The notes under the pieces were generated by a model. That model was not told the DNA's origin, did not search any database, and worked only from the letters and a program-made list of their open reading frames with translations. Shown in pieces: positions 1-9,586 of a DNA stretch of 64,000 bases. The stretch comes from Myxococcota bacterium (GTDB taxonomy: Bacteria; Myxococcota_A; SURF-8; G963663525). Made by a program: the position numbers and the translations under genes. Where the stretch lies: assembly GCA_963676915.2 (NCBI GenBank), contig CAXXVK010000011.1:1-64000 (forward strand), given 5' to 3'. Each line of letters opens with the position of its first letter. Position 1 is the stretch's first letter.

Positions 1-1227
1 CTGATAGACGGTCAATTTCGGATCTAGAGTGCGTTCCACGTCTTGGGCGAAGTAGTCCAGCGTAACATTATGTCCGAGTCGCAACTCTCCGTGATGTGCC
101 GATTTCTGATGGGCTATCAGTCTTAGCAGGGTGGTTTTTCCGGCTCCGTTGACGCCTGCCACGGCGACTTTTTCGCCGCGTCGGACGAGAAAGTCCATTC
201 CCTCGAAGACCACTTTTTCCCCATAGGCCGCCGACAATTCCTCTGCCGTGAGGACATCCTTCCCGCTTGGCTCGGGATCGGGAAAACGAAAGCGGATTTT
301 TTTGCGAACCTTCGGCAGTTCGATGCGCTTGATTTTTTCCAGTTGCTTGACCCGGCTTTGCACGAGTGAAGCTTTATCCGCTTTGTAACGAAATCGATTG
401 ATAAAGGCTTCGATCCGGGCGATTTCCTCCTGTTGTCGCGTATACTGGGAACGCAGGATTTCCAAGCGCTTTTCACGCTCTTCCAGATAACCACTATAAT
501 TGGTGAAATAATCGTCAAGCTGGCCATCGTGGATTTCGGTGATTTTGGTAACCACCTGGTCGATGAAGTATCGGTCGTGGCTGACCAGCATCACCGCACC
601 TTCATAAGCACGCAGGAATTGCATCAGCCACGTACGAGCCTCGATATCGAGGTAGTTGGTCGGTTCGTCGAGCAGCAGCATCGTAGGATGGGTAAGCAGG
701 ATTTTCGCCAGCGCCACGCGCATTTGCCAGCCGCCCGAAAATTCCTCGCAATGCTTTTGCAGTTCTTCCCGCTTGAATCCTAGTCCGGTCAGTACCCGTT
801 CGATATCTCCGCCGATTCCGTGGCCGCCTGCCTCCATGAAATCGTGTTGCACTTCGGCAAGTTCGATTGCCGTGCTGGTATGAGCTTCGCTGCCTTCCGT
901 TTCCTGGGAGAGTCGGACTTCCAATTCTTTCTGGCGCTGTTCCAGTTCAACAATGCTTTCGAAAGCCGTTTTGACTTCATCGAGCACCGTGCGTCCGTGG
1001 TGGACCACACCGTCTTGGGGCAGGTAGCCGAAGGTCGCCCCTCGACTGAACACGACCTGTCCTTCCTCCGGCTCCATCAGACCCGCGATGAATTTCATCA
1101 GGGTGGACTTTCCCGAGCCGTTCATTCCGACCAGTGCTACGCGGTCGCGGTCGCCAATCGTCCAACTGATACCGCGAAAAAGATCTCGTTCTCCGAAATT
1201 GTGTCGTAGTCCGACAACCTGGATCAT
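1..1227 (-). CDS. ABC-F family ATP-binding protein (3' end runs off the window)
   Basis: Not in the ORF track. Translated by hand from ATG at 1227: MIQVVGLRHNFGERDLFRGISW...GMNGSGKST (Walker A), FSGGWQMR (signature), LLLDEPTNYLD (Walker B), second Walker A GVNGAGKTT near 130-160. No TM segments seen. Confidence 0.9.
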   Translation of the reverse strand, partial: MIQVVGLRHNFGERDLFRGISWTIGDRDRVALVGMNGSGKSTLMKFIAGLMEPEEGQVVFSRGATFGYLPQDGVVHHGRTVLDEVKTAFESIVELEQRQKELEVRLSQETEGSEAHTSTAIELAEVQHDFMEAGGHGIGGDIERVLTGLGFKREELQKHCEEFSGGWQMRVALAKILLTHPTMLLLDEPTNYLDIEARTWLMQFLRAYEGAVMLVSHDRYFIDQVVTKITEIHDGQLDDYFTNYSGYLEEREKRLEILRSQYTRQQEEIARIEAFINRFRYKADKASLVQSRVKQLEKIKRIELPKVRKKIRFRFPDPEPSGKDVLTAEELSAAYGEKVVFEGMDFLVRRGEKVAVAGVNGAGKTTLLRLIAHQKSAHHGELRLGHNVTLDYFAQDVERTLDPKLTVYQ

Positions 1228-1307
1228 CGTCTCTATCCGATTCCACGCACGAAAGAGGTTTCTTCTGGATAAAAGGGTTTCGTGCGTTGCCGTTTGCCAT
1301 ACAGATC

Positions 1308-1341
1308 AAAAAAAACGGCCTGAAGGAATCCTTCAGGCCGT
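1308..1341 (-). terminator. Rho-independent terminator of tRNA-Met
   Basis: Perfect 12-bp stem acggcctgaagg/ccttcaggccgt followed by a U-run on the minus strand, just after the tRNA 3' end. Confidence 0.85.
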
Positions 1342-1345
1342 CACC

Positions 1346-1422
1346 TGGTAGCGGAGGAGGGACTTGAACCCCCGACACTACGGATATGAGCCGTATGCTC
1401 TAACCGACTGAGCTACTCCGCC
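1346..1422 (-). tRNA. tRNA-Met (CAT), probably elongator
   Basis: GGCGGAGTAGCTCAGTCGGTTAGAGCATACGGCTCATATCCGTAGTGTCGGGGGTTCAAGTCCCTCCTCCGCTACCA: 77 nt cloverleaf, CAT anticodon, encoded CCA. Lacks the initiator GGG/CCC anticodon stem; Ile2 not fully excluded. Confidence 0.93.
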
Positions 1423-1445
1423 AAACCGTCGGTTCCAGGCCGTGA

Positions 1446-1474
1446 ATACTAAGGATTCCGTCTATAAGTGTCAA
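1446..1474 (-). promoter_or_regulatory. sigma70 promoter of tRNA-Met
   Basis: TTGACA-17 nt-TAGTAT on the minus strand, ending about 24 nt upstream of the tRNA. Confidence 0.75.
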
Positions 1475-1501
1475 GGAAAATTACCGGAAATTGTACTGAA
1501 A

Positions 1502-1703
1502 GGGCGCATCACAAAATGGTGCGAATTGGCCCAATAATATTGAATCATTCATTCATTTGGTTGTAGCGGCGAGGCGTAAGCCCGCCGAAAAGGGAAATTG
1601 GAGGCATAAAAGCAACTTTCAAAAGGCAAAAACGGCGGGCTTACGCCTCGCCGCTACGAAAAAAGAGGATTTTACGAAAGTCGCACTATTTTGTGATGCG
1701 CCC
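1502..1703. mobile_element. 202-bp MITE, copy 1, with internal GTAG-REP doublet
   Basis: Terminal inverted repeats gggcgcatcacaaaatggtgcga/tcgcactattttgtgatgcgccc; perfect 9-bp flanking direct repeat gtactgaaa (1493-1501, 1704-1712); second copy at 33103-33304. Confidence 0.9.
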
Positions 1704-1784
1704 GTACTGAAATTCATGAGGGAATGAATCGTTGCATTACAAGGAAAAGCAGTGGATTTTTTCCGGTATTCTCTTTCAAGCGAA

Positions 1785-2738
1785 TCAGATACCGAAAAAT
1801 TCCAGCACGTAGCGGGTTCCGGTAATGAGAATCACCGCTCCGAGCATCCATTTGATGAGCTTTGCCGGAACGTATTTTTGGAACCGTGCGCCCAGATACA
1901 TGCCTGCCAGGCCACCCACACCGAACAGTGATCCCAGCAGCCAGTCCGGGGCGATGGTCATCTCGGGATACATCCACGCCAGTACCTGATAAAATGCCAC
2001 ACCGGCTACTGACGTAACGAAGGTGCCCATCAGCGCGGCTCCGGCTACGGTATAGACTGGCAGATGATAGAACGAGACGAAGAACGGTGCGACGATCGCT
2101 CCGCCGCCGATGCCGTAAATACCCCCAATGACGCCGACGACGAGACTTAGCGAGAAAATTCCGAGAAACGGCACGTTGTACCGTTCTCCATAAAATTCGT
2201 ATTCGATGCGTTTTAGATCGAAACGGTGGACTTTTACGGCGCGCAGGGGGGCGTCCGTTTCTTCGTTATCTTTTTTGTAACGCCGAACGGCTTGTTGAAA
2301 TCGTGTTTCGGCATCGGCCCCTTTGCCGGATGTCTTTTGGCGCACCAAATCCCTTACCAGTCGAAGTCCGATATATCCCAGCACGAAAGCGGCGAACAGT
2401 TTGAACGGCCGAGCGTCCGGTAGGTAGACCACCCTTACCCAGGCACCGAAAAACACGCCGGGTAACGTGCCGATAATCACCGCCCAGGTCAGCGGCCAGA
2501 CCATGCGTCCCTCTCGGGCGTAGCGGTATACACCGCTCGGAATGGCGACGATGTTGTAAAGCTGGTTGGTGGCGCTGACGGAAGGTGTGGTGTACCCCAA
2601 CACCGACATCTGGAAGGGAAGCAACAGAAACGCGCCGGAAACGCCACCCATCGAGGTGAAAAACGACAACGTAAAAGCGACCAGCGGTGGAATCCAGAAC
2701 GCCACTTCGATTCCGGCGGTTTCAAACAGCATCGTCAT
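1785..2738 (-). CDS. Sulfite exporter TauE/SafE family membrane protein
   Basis: Multi-TM protein with SMGGVSGAFLLLP and GGIYGIGGGAIVAP repeats typical of TSUP. Confidence 0.85.
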   Translation of the reverse strand: MTMLFETAGIEVAFWIPPLVAFTLSFFTSMGGVSGAFLLLPFQMSVLGYTTPSVSATNQLYNIVAIPSGVYRYAREGRMVWPLTWAVIIGTLPGVFFGAWVRVVYLPDARPFKLFAAFVLGYIGLRLVRDLVRQKTSGKGADAETRFQQAVRRYKKDNEETDAPLRAVKVHRFDLKRIEYEFYGERYNVPFLGIFSLSLVVGVIGGIYGIGGGAIVAPFFVSFYHLPVYTVAGAALMGTFVTSVAGVAFYQVLAWMYPEMTIAPDWLLGSLFGVGGLAGMYLGARFQKYVPAKLIKWMLGAVILITGTRYVLEFFGI

Positions 2739-2795
2739 CTCCGTGTCATTTTGCGTCGAAAGACGAAAAACAGCGCCTTATCCGCCGGAACATCG

Positions 2796-3719
2796 TTACT
2801 CTTCTTCCTCCGGCGGGTACAAAGGATCGACGTAATCATGGGGATCGTACTGGAACAGGCGATCGGTTTCGGTCAACAGCTTTTCGCAGTCGAAGTCATC
2901 CGGCAGGCGGACGATTTCGAAGTGGTTGACCTCGGGATCTTCCACCTTGACCAGATCGAGTTCCATCATGAAAATTTCCGGGTCCGCATCCAATACCACC
3001 ATTTCGGCGTTGGAGTCGTTAAAACCTTCCAGGCGATTGCCGTTGACCAATGTGCCATCCAGTTCCCGCATCAGACGAAGCACGACGTAGACTTCGGCTG
3101 AAACACCGAAGGTATTGATTCGGGCCGTAACGCCGACGTGGTCGTCTTCGTCCATATCGTAGACCAGCGGATCGTCGATTTCAGTGGGCATCGGATCGTT
3201 GAAGGGGTCGGACATGTCTTCTTCTTTAAGACCGAACATACTCAACGAAGGCGGAACGTAAAAGCTTGCACCTTCCGCCAGTTCACCCAATTCCCCCGTA
3301 TGGGTTTTGACCGGCACGGAATCGACCGTGTATTGTGGGAAGAAAATCTTGAAATCGTCTTCAAATTCAACAACTTCCATGTTTAACGTGCAAATTTTCT
3401 CATTGAAGGTAAACGAGGTTCCGTCGTGATCGACCTCGGATATCGCGTGTCCGGTGAGCAGCATGGTGGCTTCGCGCTTGACGAATGGAAGCAAGGTGGT
3501 GTAGGTCAGCGCGAAATTCCATCCCCAGCGCCCGTCGAGATCGTCTATCGAGCCTTCCGGCCAGATGTCCCCATCCGAAATCTCCTCGTCCAGATCTTCG
3601 TCGCCGGGAAGGTCGTCATCGTTTCCCGTCGTGTCTTCGTTTTCCAGGCACCCGCCGAAGGTCAAGAGTCCCAGAGAGATCCAAAGCAGCAGAAAGAATC
3701 GCATCGTCGTCCATTTCAT
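2796..3719 (-). CDS. Hypothetical acidic lipoprotein
   Basis: Signal peptide ending LLTFGGC, then an acidic linker; 307-aa ORF co-oriented with its neighbours. Confidence 0.7.
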   Translation of the reverse strand: MKWTTMRFFLLLWISLGLLTFGGCLENEDTTGNDDDLPGDEDLDEEISDGDIWPEGSIDDLDGRWGWNFALTYTTLLPFVKREATMLLTGHAISEVDHDGTSFTFNEKICTLNMEVVEFEDDFKIFFPQYTVDSVPVKTHTGELGELAEGASFYVPPSLSMFGLKEEDMSDPFNDPMPTEIDDPLVYDMDEDDHVGVTARINTFGVSAEVYVVLRLMRELDGTLVNGNRLEGFNDSNAEMVVLDADPEIFMMELDLVKVEDPEVNHFEIVRLPDDFDCEKLLTETDRLFQYDPHDYVDPLYPPEEEE

Positions 3720-3841
3720 CGGTTTTCTTTCTTATCGTTACCACGTTTGACGGTCTTACCCCGATTTTTCAGAAAAAGAAAGGACCGATTCAGGGTGAAA
3801 AACGAAAATGGTGTCAAATATCGAGATTGATGACTTGTATC

Positions 3842-3873
3842 AAAAAAAACTCCCTCCGGAGTGCGGAGGGAGT
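3842..3873 (-). terminator. Rho-independent terminator after the LysM gene
   Basis: Stem actccctccg/cggagggagt with a U-run on the minus strand. Confidence 0.75.
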
Positions 3874-3909
3874 GAAGGGTTGCGATTCTAGCGGATCTTT
3901 CGCCTTGTT

Positions 3910-5316
3910 TCAGTAGTTTTTCTCCATGATGACCCGGTCACCGCGTTCGAGGTTGGTGATCGAATGGGTAACTACGGCGGTCGAGGCCGACGAGCCGGCG
4001 GAGAGTACGAGCAGCTCGGCAATTTTCTCGTAAGGGTATTGATCTTTCTTGAGAATTTCGTATTGCTCCAGTCCGTCGCCTCGGCGAACCACGAACAGGC
4101 GGTTGCCTTCCTTCAGACCATGGCTGATACCTTTGTCGATGAACAGAATCTGCATCTGGCCGATGAGGATGTTTTCATCCAGGAAATCGACGATGTAGCC
4201 GTTTTTGAATTCGACCATGTTGCGTTTGGGACGCAAGTCACGGTAGGCGTCCAGCCACGGGCGAACCAAGTCGCCGCGCAAGATACTATTATAACTTTGC
4301 GTGATATGACCGATGACCACGTCGTTGATCACTTTTTCGACTTCGATCTGTCCCAGGATTTCGACCTTGTATCCGATCGTTTCTTCACTCACGGGATGAT
4401 CGACTTCCCCGTGGCTGCGGAAAATCTGATAGTATTGGCCGATGGTGTAATCCCCGGAGTTTTGCGGCTTGATGTAAATCCGGTCCCCTTCGGCGAACGA
4501 AATTTTTCCTTCATCGCGTGAACCGGCGATGGTACCCGTATTGCGTAATTCGCTACGGGCTACAAAGCCGTCTCGGCGGAAGTTGAAGAAGTTGATTTTT
4601 TCCATCGAAGGCAGGTCGATCAGACCACCGGCAACGCTGCCTGCTTGTCCGGGATCGTAGGCCTCACGGATGTCGCCGAGATTCTGTTCGCCCAATGCGA
4701 TTTCCATGCGCATCGGTTCGCCTGGCATCTGGGGGCGGAAGTTGAGAACGTCGCCCGGATAAATCCAGTGCGGGTTGGTGATTTGCTGGTTCATGGCCCA
4801 GATGCTTTGCCAGTACCAGGGATTGTTGAGGTAGCGGGCAGAAAGATCCCACAGGGTGTCCCCCGGTTCGACGATATGTTGTTCGGGGAGAGAGTTGAAG
4901 TCGATTCCCTCGGGGAACGGTTCATCCAGCATCGCTTCACCGAGAATCGGTTCTTCCGCTGCGTCGAGTTCGAACGATTCTTCCTCTCCCTCATCCACCT
5001 CTTGGTAGACGCCTTCTTCGGGAGCAGGTTCCTCGATGGGCGGTTCTTCCATGGTTTCTAACTCTGTGTCGAGAGCATTGACGGCTTCATTAAAAGCCTC
5101 ATCGTCCATCGACTCTTCCATTCCTTTAATACCGTCCGGCATCAATTCTTCGGGCGGTTCCGGTGGGGCAGGGGCGTCCGGGCTTCCCGGAATATCGTAA
5201 GCGCCGCCCTTTTCGAACGGACCCTGAGCGAAAACCGCTCCGGGAACAGAAAGTAGAAACATCAAAATCAGAAATAAACCGCTTCGCATAGCTAACCTCC
5301 GAACGGTGGCCGTCAC
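3910..5316 (-). CDS. LysM peptidoglycan-binding protein, TsaP-like
   Basis: Signal peptide, acidic linker, HIVEPGDTLWDLSARYLNNPWYWQSIW...NPHWIYPGD LysM motif, C-terminal beta-rich domains. Start may be the ATG a few codons downstream. Confidence 0.8.
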   Translation of the reverse strand: MTATVRRLAMRSGLFLILMFLLSVPGAVFAQGPFEKGGAYDIPGSPDAPAPPEPPEELMPDGIKGMEESMDDEAFNEAVNALDTELETMEEPPIEEPAPEEGVYQEVDEGEEESFELDAAEEPILGEAMLDEPFPEGIDFNSLPEQHIVEPGDTLWDLSARYLNNPWYWQSIWAMNQQITNPHWIYPGDVLNFRPQMPGEPMRMEIALGEQNLGDIREAYDPGQAGSVAGGLIDLPSMEKINFFNFRRDGFVARSELRNTGTIAGSRDEGKISFAEGDRIYIKPQNSGDYTIGQYYQIFRSHGEVDHPVSEETIGYKVEILGQIEVEKVINDVVIGHITQSYNSILRGDLVRPWLDAYRDLRPKRNMVEFKNGYIVDFLDENILIGQMQILFIDKGISHGLKEGNRLFVVRRGDGLEQYEILKKDQYPYEKIAELLVLSAGSSASTAVVTHSITNLERGDRVIMEKNY

Positions 5317-5362
5317 CGTGGATCGAAATCGGCGAAAAGGTCCGAGTGACGCAGAACGAAAC

Positions 5363-6190
5363 TCAGGATTCGTTGTTTTTCACGGAAGAACCGGCAACGT
5401 TCTTCCCCTGCCCGGAGTTCGAGGAACGGACTTTGCGGGCCGCTTCGCTTTCCGGGAATTCGTCGTTCAGTTTTTGCCAGGTTTTTCCAGCCGTTTGGGA
5501 ATCTCCCAACGCCTGATAACTTAGTCCGAGATAGTACAGCCCGTCCGCCTGTTTGTTGCTGCCGGGCATTTTCATCAAATGTTGAAATCGTACGATGGCG
5601 TCCGAAAACTTTCTCTGTTCGTAGCGGCAAACGCCACTCCAGAACACGGCGTTATCGGTATAATCATTCGTTTTGGGACTTTGAGCGAACTCGTCGAAAG
5701 CCATCACGGCTTCATCGTATTTTTTTTGACGATAGAGAGCCAGCGCTGCCTGATAACGCTCCGAGATGGACCGAAGTTCCTGTTTATTCTGGGGTTTCCA
5801 GGTGTTCGAGGTGCCCACCATTTTGTAATAGGGTACGTCGCTTTTGTTCTTTGTCACTGGTTTCGGGCGCGGTGTCACAGCAGCGGCGGGAGATTCGGGA
5901 ACGAGCTTCACCTTTCGCAAATGGGCCGGAATGTCCCGGTCGTCGGACGACTCCTGCTCCAATTTCGCTTGAAGGATGTAGAGACGATTGTCCATTTCCT
6001 CCAGGCGGACGTGAGCGTCCGTTACGTTGCGATTAAGTTCGGCGACCGTTTCCCTCAAGCGAAAAATCTCCTGCTTCATTTCCTGGTCTTTGGAACATCC
6101 GGGAGTACCCATGACGAATACAAGCGCCAACAGGCTCAAGCCTCCCGGAAACAATAGTCTATTAAAAATATTACGTCTCAAATTAAACAT
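5363..6190 (-). CDS. cpoB: Tol-Pal associated CpoB/YbgF (coiled coil + TPR) lipoprotein
   Basis: Cys-containing signal, N-terminal coiled coil, TPRs YQAALALY...DNAVFWSG...ADGLYYLG...FPESEAA. Confidence 0.75.
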   Translation of the reverse strand: MFNLRRNIFNRLLFPGGLSLLALVFVMGTPGCSKDQEMKQEIFRLRETVAELNRNVTDAHVRLEEMDNRLYILQAKLEQESSDDRDIPAHLRKVKLVPESPAAAVTPRPKPVTKNKSDVPYYKMVGTSNTWKPQNKQELRSISERYQAALALYRQKKYDEAVMAFDEFAQSPKTNDYTDNAVFWSGVCRYEQRKFSDAIVRFQHLMKMPGSNKQADGLYYLGLSYQALGDSQTAGKTWQKLNDEFPESEAARKVRSSNSGQGKNVAGSSVKNNES

Positions 6191-6520
6191 AATTTGTCTT
6201 AATTATATCTTTTTTATGGTCCCAGGTCAAGTTTCCAATACGTGATACTGGAAAAACGAAATGATTCGGCGAACGCGCGTATTTTAACAGAAACCTCGGG
6301 AACTTGGAACTTTTTTAGACATTGGATGAATTTGTCGCAAATTTACGTAGGTTTTTAGGATGGCTTCTCGTTGAAACGTGGCCATTTTTTTCGAATTTCA
6401 ATCAATCAAGCCTTTGCTTTTCGTAGGAAAACGAGATAAGAGCCTTGTTCGATAGGATGGACCGAGCTTGGATGATCCCGACCGATTCGAATCGAAACCG
6501 GTCGTGACAGGGAGGTGGCC

Positions 6521-7915
6521 ATGGCCGATAAAGATAGCGAAAAATACAAGGGATATCGGAATATCGGACTCGACGTGCTGAAGAAAAACGGCGTGGAAGT
6601 CTGGAGCGAAGTTCGCGCATTCACGAAACAAGGCGAATTCGAAGGAATTATTCTTCCTCGTTCGGAAACCGCCGACGATCGCCATATCGTGCTTAAGGTG
6701 GTGTCCGGTTATAATGTAGGATTGGCTGCCGAGACCATCGAGCGCATGGAGGCCATCGGATACCGAGCCGCCAATTACAAAATTCCCGAAAAAGAATTTC
6801 CGTACGACAAGAAAAAGCCCAACGTGCGCCTTTTCGGCACGGGTGGGACGATTGCCAGCCGCTTGGATTATCGCACTGGCGCGGTGATTCCTGCGTTTTC
6901 ACCCGGAGAACTGTACGGTTCCGTCCCGGAACTGGCCGATATCTGCAATCTGACCACCGAAAAACTGTTCGGCGTTTTCAGCGAGAACATGGGATGGAAG
7001 GAATACGCCATCACCGCCAACAAGATCGGCGAAGCCATTCGCGAAGGTGCGGCAGGAATCGTCATCGGTCACGGAACGGATACCATGCACCACACGGCGG
7101 CGGTGCTCAGTTTTATGGTGCAAGACAGCCCCGTTCCGATTTTGATGGTAGGTTCCCAGCGTTCCAGCGACCGACCCAGTTCGGATGCTGCGATGAATCT
7201 GATTCACGCCTGCTACGCCGCCGGGCACAGTGACATCGCCGAGGTGATGGTCTGCATGTTCGGTCCGACATCCGATCAATACGGCCTGCTGCATCAGGGA
7301 ACCCGAGTACGCAAGATGCATTCGTCGTATCGTTCTACCTTCCGAACCTTGTCGGACACGCCGATCGCCATGGTCAAACGGGGCGAAATCACACCTTTGC
7401 GCGATGATTACCGCAAACGTCGCAAAGATCGCAACGTAACGATCAAAGCCGACTACGACGACCGGGTAAGCATCGTTTATTACTACCCCGGAATGAAACC
7501 GGACATCGTGGATTCGTTGATCGAGAACGGATACAAAGGCATTGTCATCGCCGGTACGGGGCTGGGGCACGTCAACAAACCGCTGTACGCGGCGCTGGAT
7601 CGGGCGCGACAGGCCGGAGTGCACGTTTACATGACGGTGCAGACGATGTGGGGCTTCGTACAGATGTACGTCTACGAAACGGGTCGCGAACTAATGGAAC
7701 TGGGTGTGGTGCCCGCTTCCAACATGACTCCGGAAACCGCCTACATCAAATTGGGATGGGCTTTGGGACAAACCCAGGATCGGGAAGAAGTACGCAAGCT
7801 GATGCTGACACCGATTTCCCGGGAAATCACCGACAGAGAACCTCATAACGGGTACCTGGTGCTTCAAGGCGGTGTTCCCGAGGTAGAAACCTACATCGGT
7901 TCGGTCATGAAATAG
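6521..7915 (+). CDS. gatD: Glu-tRNA(Gln) amidotransferase subunit D (archaeal-type GatD)
   Basis: GatD N-terminal domain (EGIILPR...HIVLKVVSGYNVG) plus asparaginase domain: GTGGTIASRLDYRTGAV, FSENM, HGTDT, GSQRSSDRPSSD, RKMHSS. RBS gggagg before ATG 6521. Confidence 0.88.
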   Translation: MADKDSEKYKGYRNIGLDVLKKNGVEVWSEVRAFTKQGEFEGIILPRSETADDRHIVLKVVSGYNVGLAAETIERMEAIGYRAANYKIPEKEFPYDKKKPNVRLFGTGGTIASRLDYRTGAVIPAFSPGELYGSVPELADICNLTTEKLFGVFSENMGWKEYAITANKIGEAIREGAAGIVIGHGTDTMHHTAAVLSFMVQDSPVPILMVGSQRSSDRPSSDAAMNLIHACYAAGHSDIAEVMVCMFGPTSDQYGLLHQGTRVRKMHSSYRSTFRTLSDTPIAMVKRGEITPLRDDYRKRRKDRNVTIKADYDDRVSIVYYYPGMKPDIVDSLIENGYKGIVIAGTGLGHVNKPLYAALDRARQAGVHVYMTVQTMWGFVQMYVYETGRELMELGVVPASNMTPETAYIKLGWALGQTQDREEVRKLMLTPISREITDREPHNGYLVLQGGVPEVETYIGSVMK

Positions 7916-8005
7916 CTTGTACCTGTTGCAACGTATTGAAATTAAATAAAAATATTCTTGGGAGATGGAGCAGGATACAATCATGCTCCATCTCAGAGAT
8001 CTCTT

Positions 8006-8068
8006 GTAGGTCGGGCAAATTTCTTGCCCGACAATACCAATGTCTGGCTAAAAATTAGCCAGACCTCC
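8006..8068. repeat. GTAG-type REP doublet
   Basis: gtag-gtcgggcaa atttc ttgcccgac followed by the inverted variant gtctggctaaaaattagccagac-ctcc. Confidence 0.75.
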
Positions 8069-8312
8069 TCCTCATGTTTTGACTTCTCCATGAAAACGCC
8101 TACAATGAAACGGTGAATGGTGATGTTCGGGTAACTCGCGAAATCTGGCGAGTTTCCTGGATGCTTATTTGTGATGAGTGAAAAATCGCTAGATATTTCC
8201 AACCGTTGGCCGTTTCTCATTTAGAAAATTCATCATGTTTCGCGATCAGCGGTTTTTCAAATTCGCGGCGATTTCCATGAGGGGGGATACGAACTCGTTT
8301 CGGAGAGATGGC

Positions 8313-9272
8313 ATGAAAGTCAGTGATCTAACCGGTAGAAGCGACACCAGGGAATTGCGTGCGGCTCTCTCCAGCCACGGCAGCCAACTTGCCTTTATGA
8401 ACGGTATGGCTTTGCTGGGTGTGCTGTTGATTTTCTATGTCGGGGTTCAGATTCTTGGAGTCACCTGTATCGACAATACTGGTTTCGCCAACGATTCGGT
8501 CATGCTGCTTTCGATTTTTCTCAATCTATCGGTAAGTGGTCTGCTGCTTGGCGGGTATGGCTGGCTACGGTGGAGGATCACGAAAAAAGCCGAACATGTC
8601 GAAACGTACAGGGTGGTTGTGTTTTCCTCTGCCGTGATTCTTACGGCGGCACTTGTCCAGATTCATATTGTCGGTAGTTTGAATTCTTTGCACCATTTGC
8701 TTGTCGTTGCGATTCTGCTGGTGGTGTTCTGGTTTTTGCGTTGGCGAGAAGTGTTGTGGTTTTTCATTCTCAGCAATATTGCTCTGGCATCGATTACTTT
8801 GTTTGAAATCCTTGGCGTACTGAATTACGCACCCCTTTTCGTGCATGGCGATCGACTTGCCGAGACTTTTCTCGATTGGCGAACCGTTGTTGGGCAATTC
8901 CTTAATTACGGTTTGGTTCTTGTGGTTTGCACTATTGTCGTCTGGAAATTACGGCAGATTCTCGAAACTTCCGAGCAGTTGCGCGTGGAATCCAATCAGG
9001 CGCTGCGGGAGGAAGTCCGCAAGCATCAGCAAACCCTTGAAGAAAAAGAGGAATTGATCGAAAAGCTTCAGAATTCTCTCGATCAGGTTTCCAGGCTTCA
9101 CGGGTTGTTACCTATCTGTGCCAATTGCAAAAGCATTCGTGACGACCAGGGATACTGGCAGGAGTTGGAAAGTTATTTCCAGGAGCATTCCCCCGAAATC
9201 ATTTTTTCTCACGGTCTGTGCCCGACCTGCGCGAAGAAACTTTATCCCAACCAGTTTTCGGATGAAGAATAG
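8313..9272 (+). CDS. Membrane sensor-like protein with coiled coil and C-terminal CxxC...SHGLCxxC domain
   Basis: About 6 hydrophobic segments, a coiled coil, then LLPICANCKSIRDDQGYW...FSHGLCPTC. Start chosen from RBS ggagag (ORF is open from 8235). Confidence 0.75.
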   Translation: MKVSDLTGRSDTRELRAALSSHGSQLAFMNGMALLGVLLIFYVGVQILGVTCIDNTGFANDSVMLLSIFLNLSVSGLLLGGYGWLRWRITKKAEHVETYRVVVFSSAVILTAALVQIHIVGSLNSLHHLLVVAILLVVFWFLRWREVLWFFILSNIALASITLFEILGVLNYAPLFVHGDRLAETFLDWRTVVGQFLNYGLVLVVCTIVVWKLRQILETSEQLRVESNQALREEVRKHQQTLEEKEELIEKLQNSLDQVSRLHGLLPICANCKSIRDDQGYWQELESYFQEHSPEIIFSHGLCPTCAKKLYPNQFSDEE

Positions 9273-9586
9273 GATTTTTCCTCTTTTTCCGGATTCTCCA
9301 TGAAAGAGCCGGTCGTTTTCTCGTTTCAAAGCCGTAAAAAGCCCGATTTAGCATTGACAATGCCTGCGGTCGTAGTAAGAATTGGGTGTGTTTGTTGGTT
9401 GAATGTTTGAATCGTTCGGTGTTTTCAACTTGTTGAAGGTTTTTTTATAAAAAAGAACCCCCGATCACGAAATCGATCCGGATCGGGAGTTGAGGGTTTA
9501 ACAAAATCGCATCCGGGGGGGATGTCACAACGGCATGAAAGGAAGGTTTCATGTCGGTCGCTAACGTTTTGTGAAGGAGAAAAAAC

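Noticed and set aside
1346-1712. Genomic island integrated at tRNA-Met
   Set aside because: No integrase and no duplicated tRNA 3' end found; the MITE sits upstream of the tRNA promoter.
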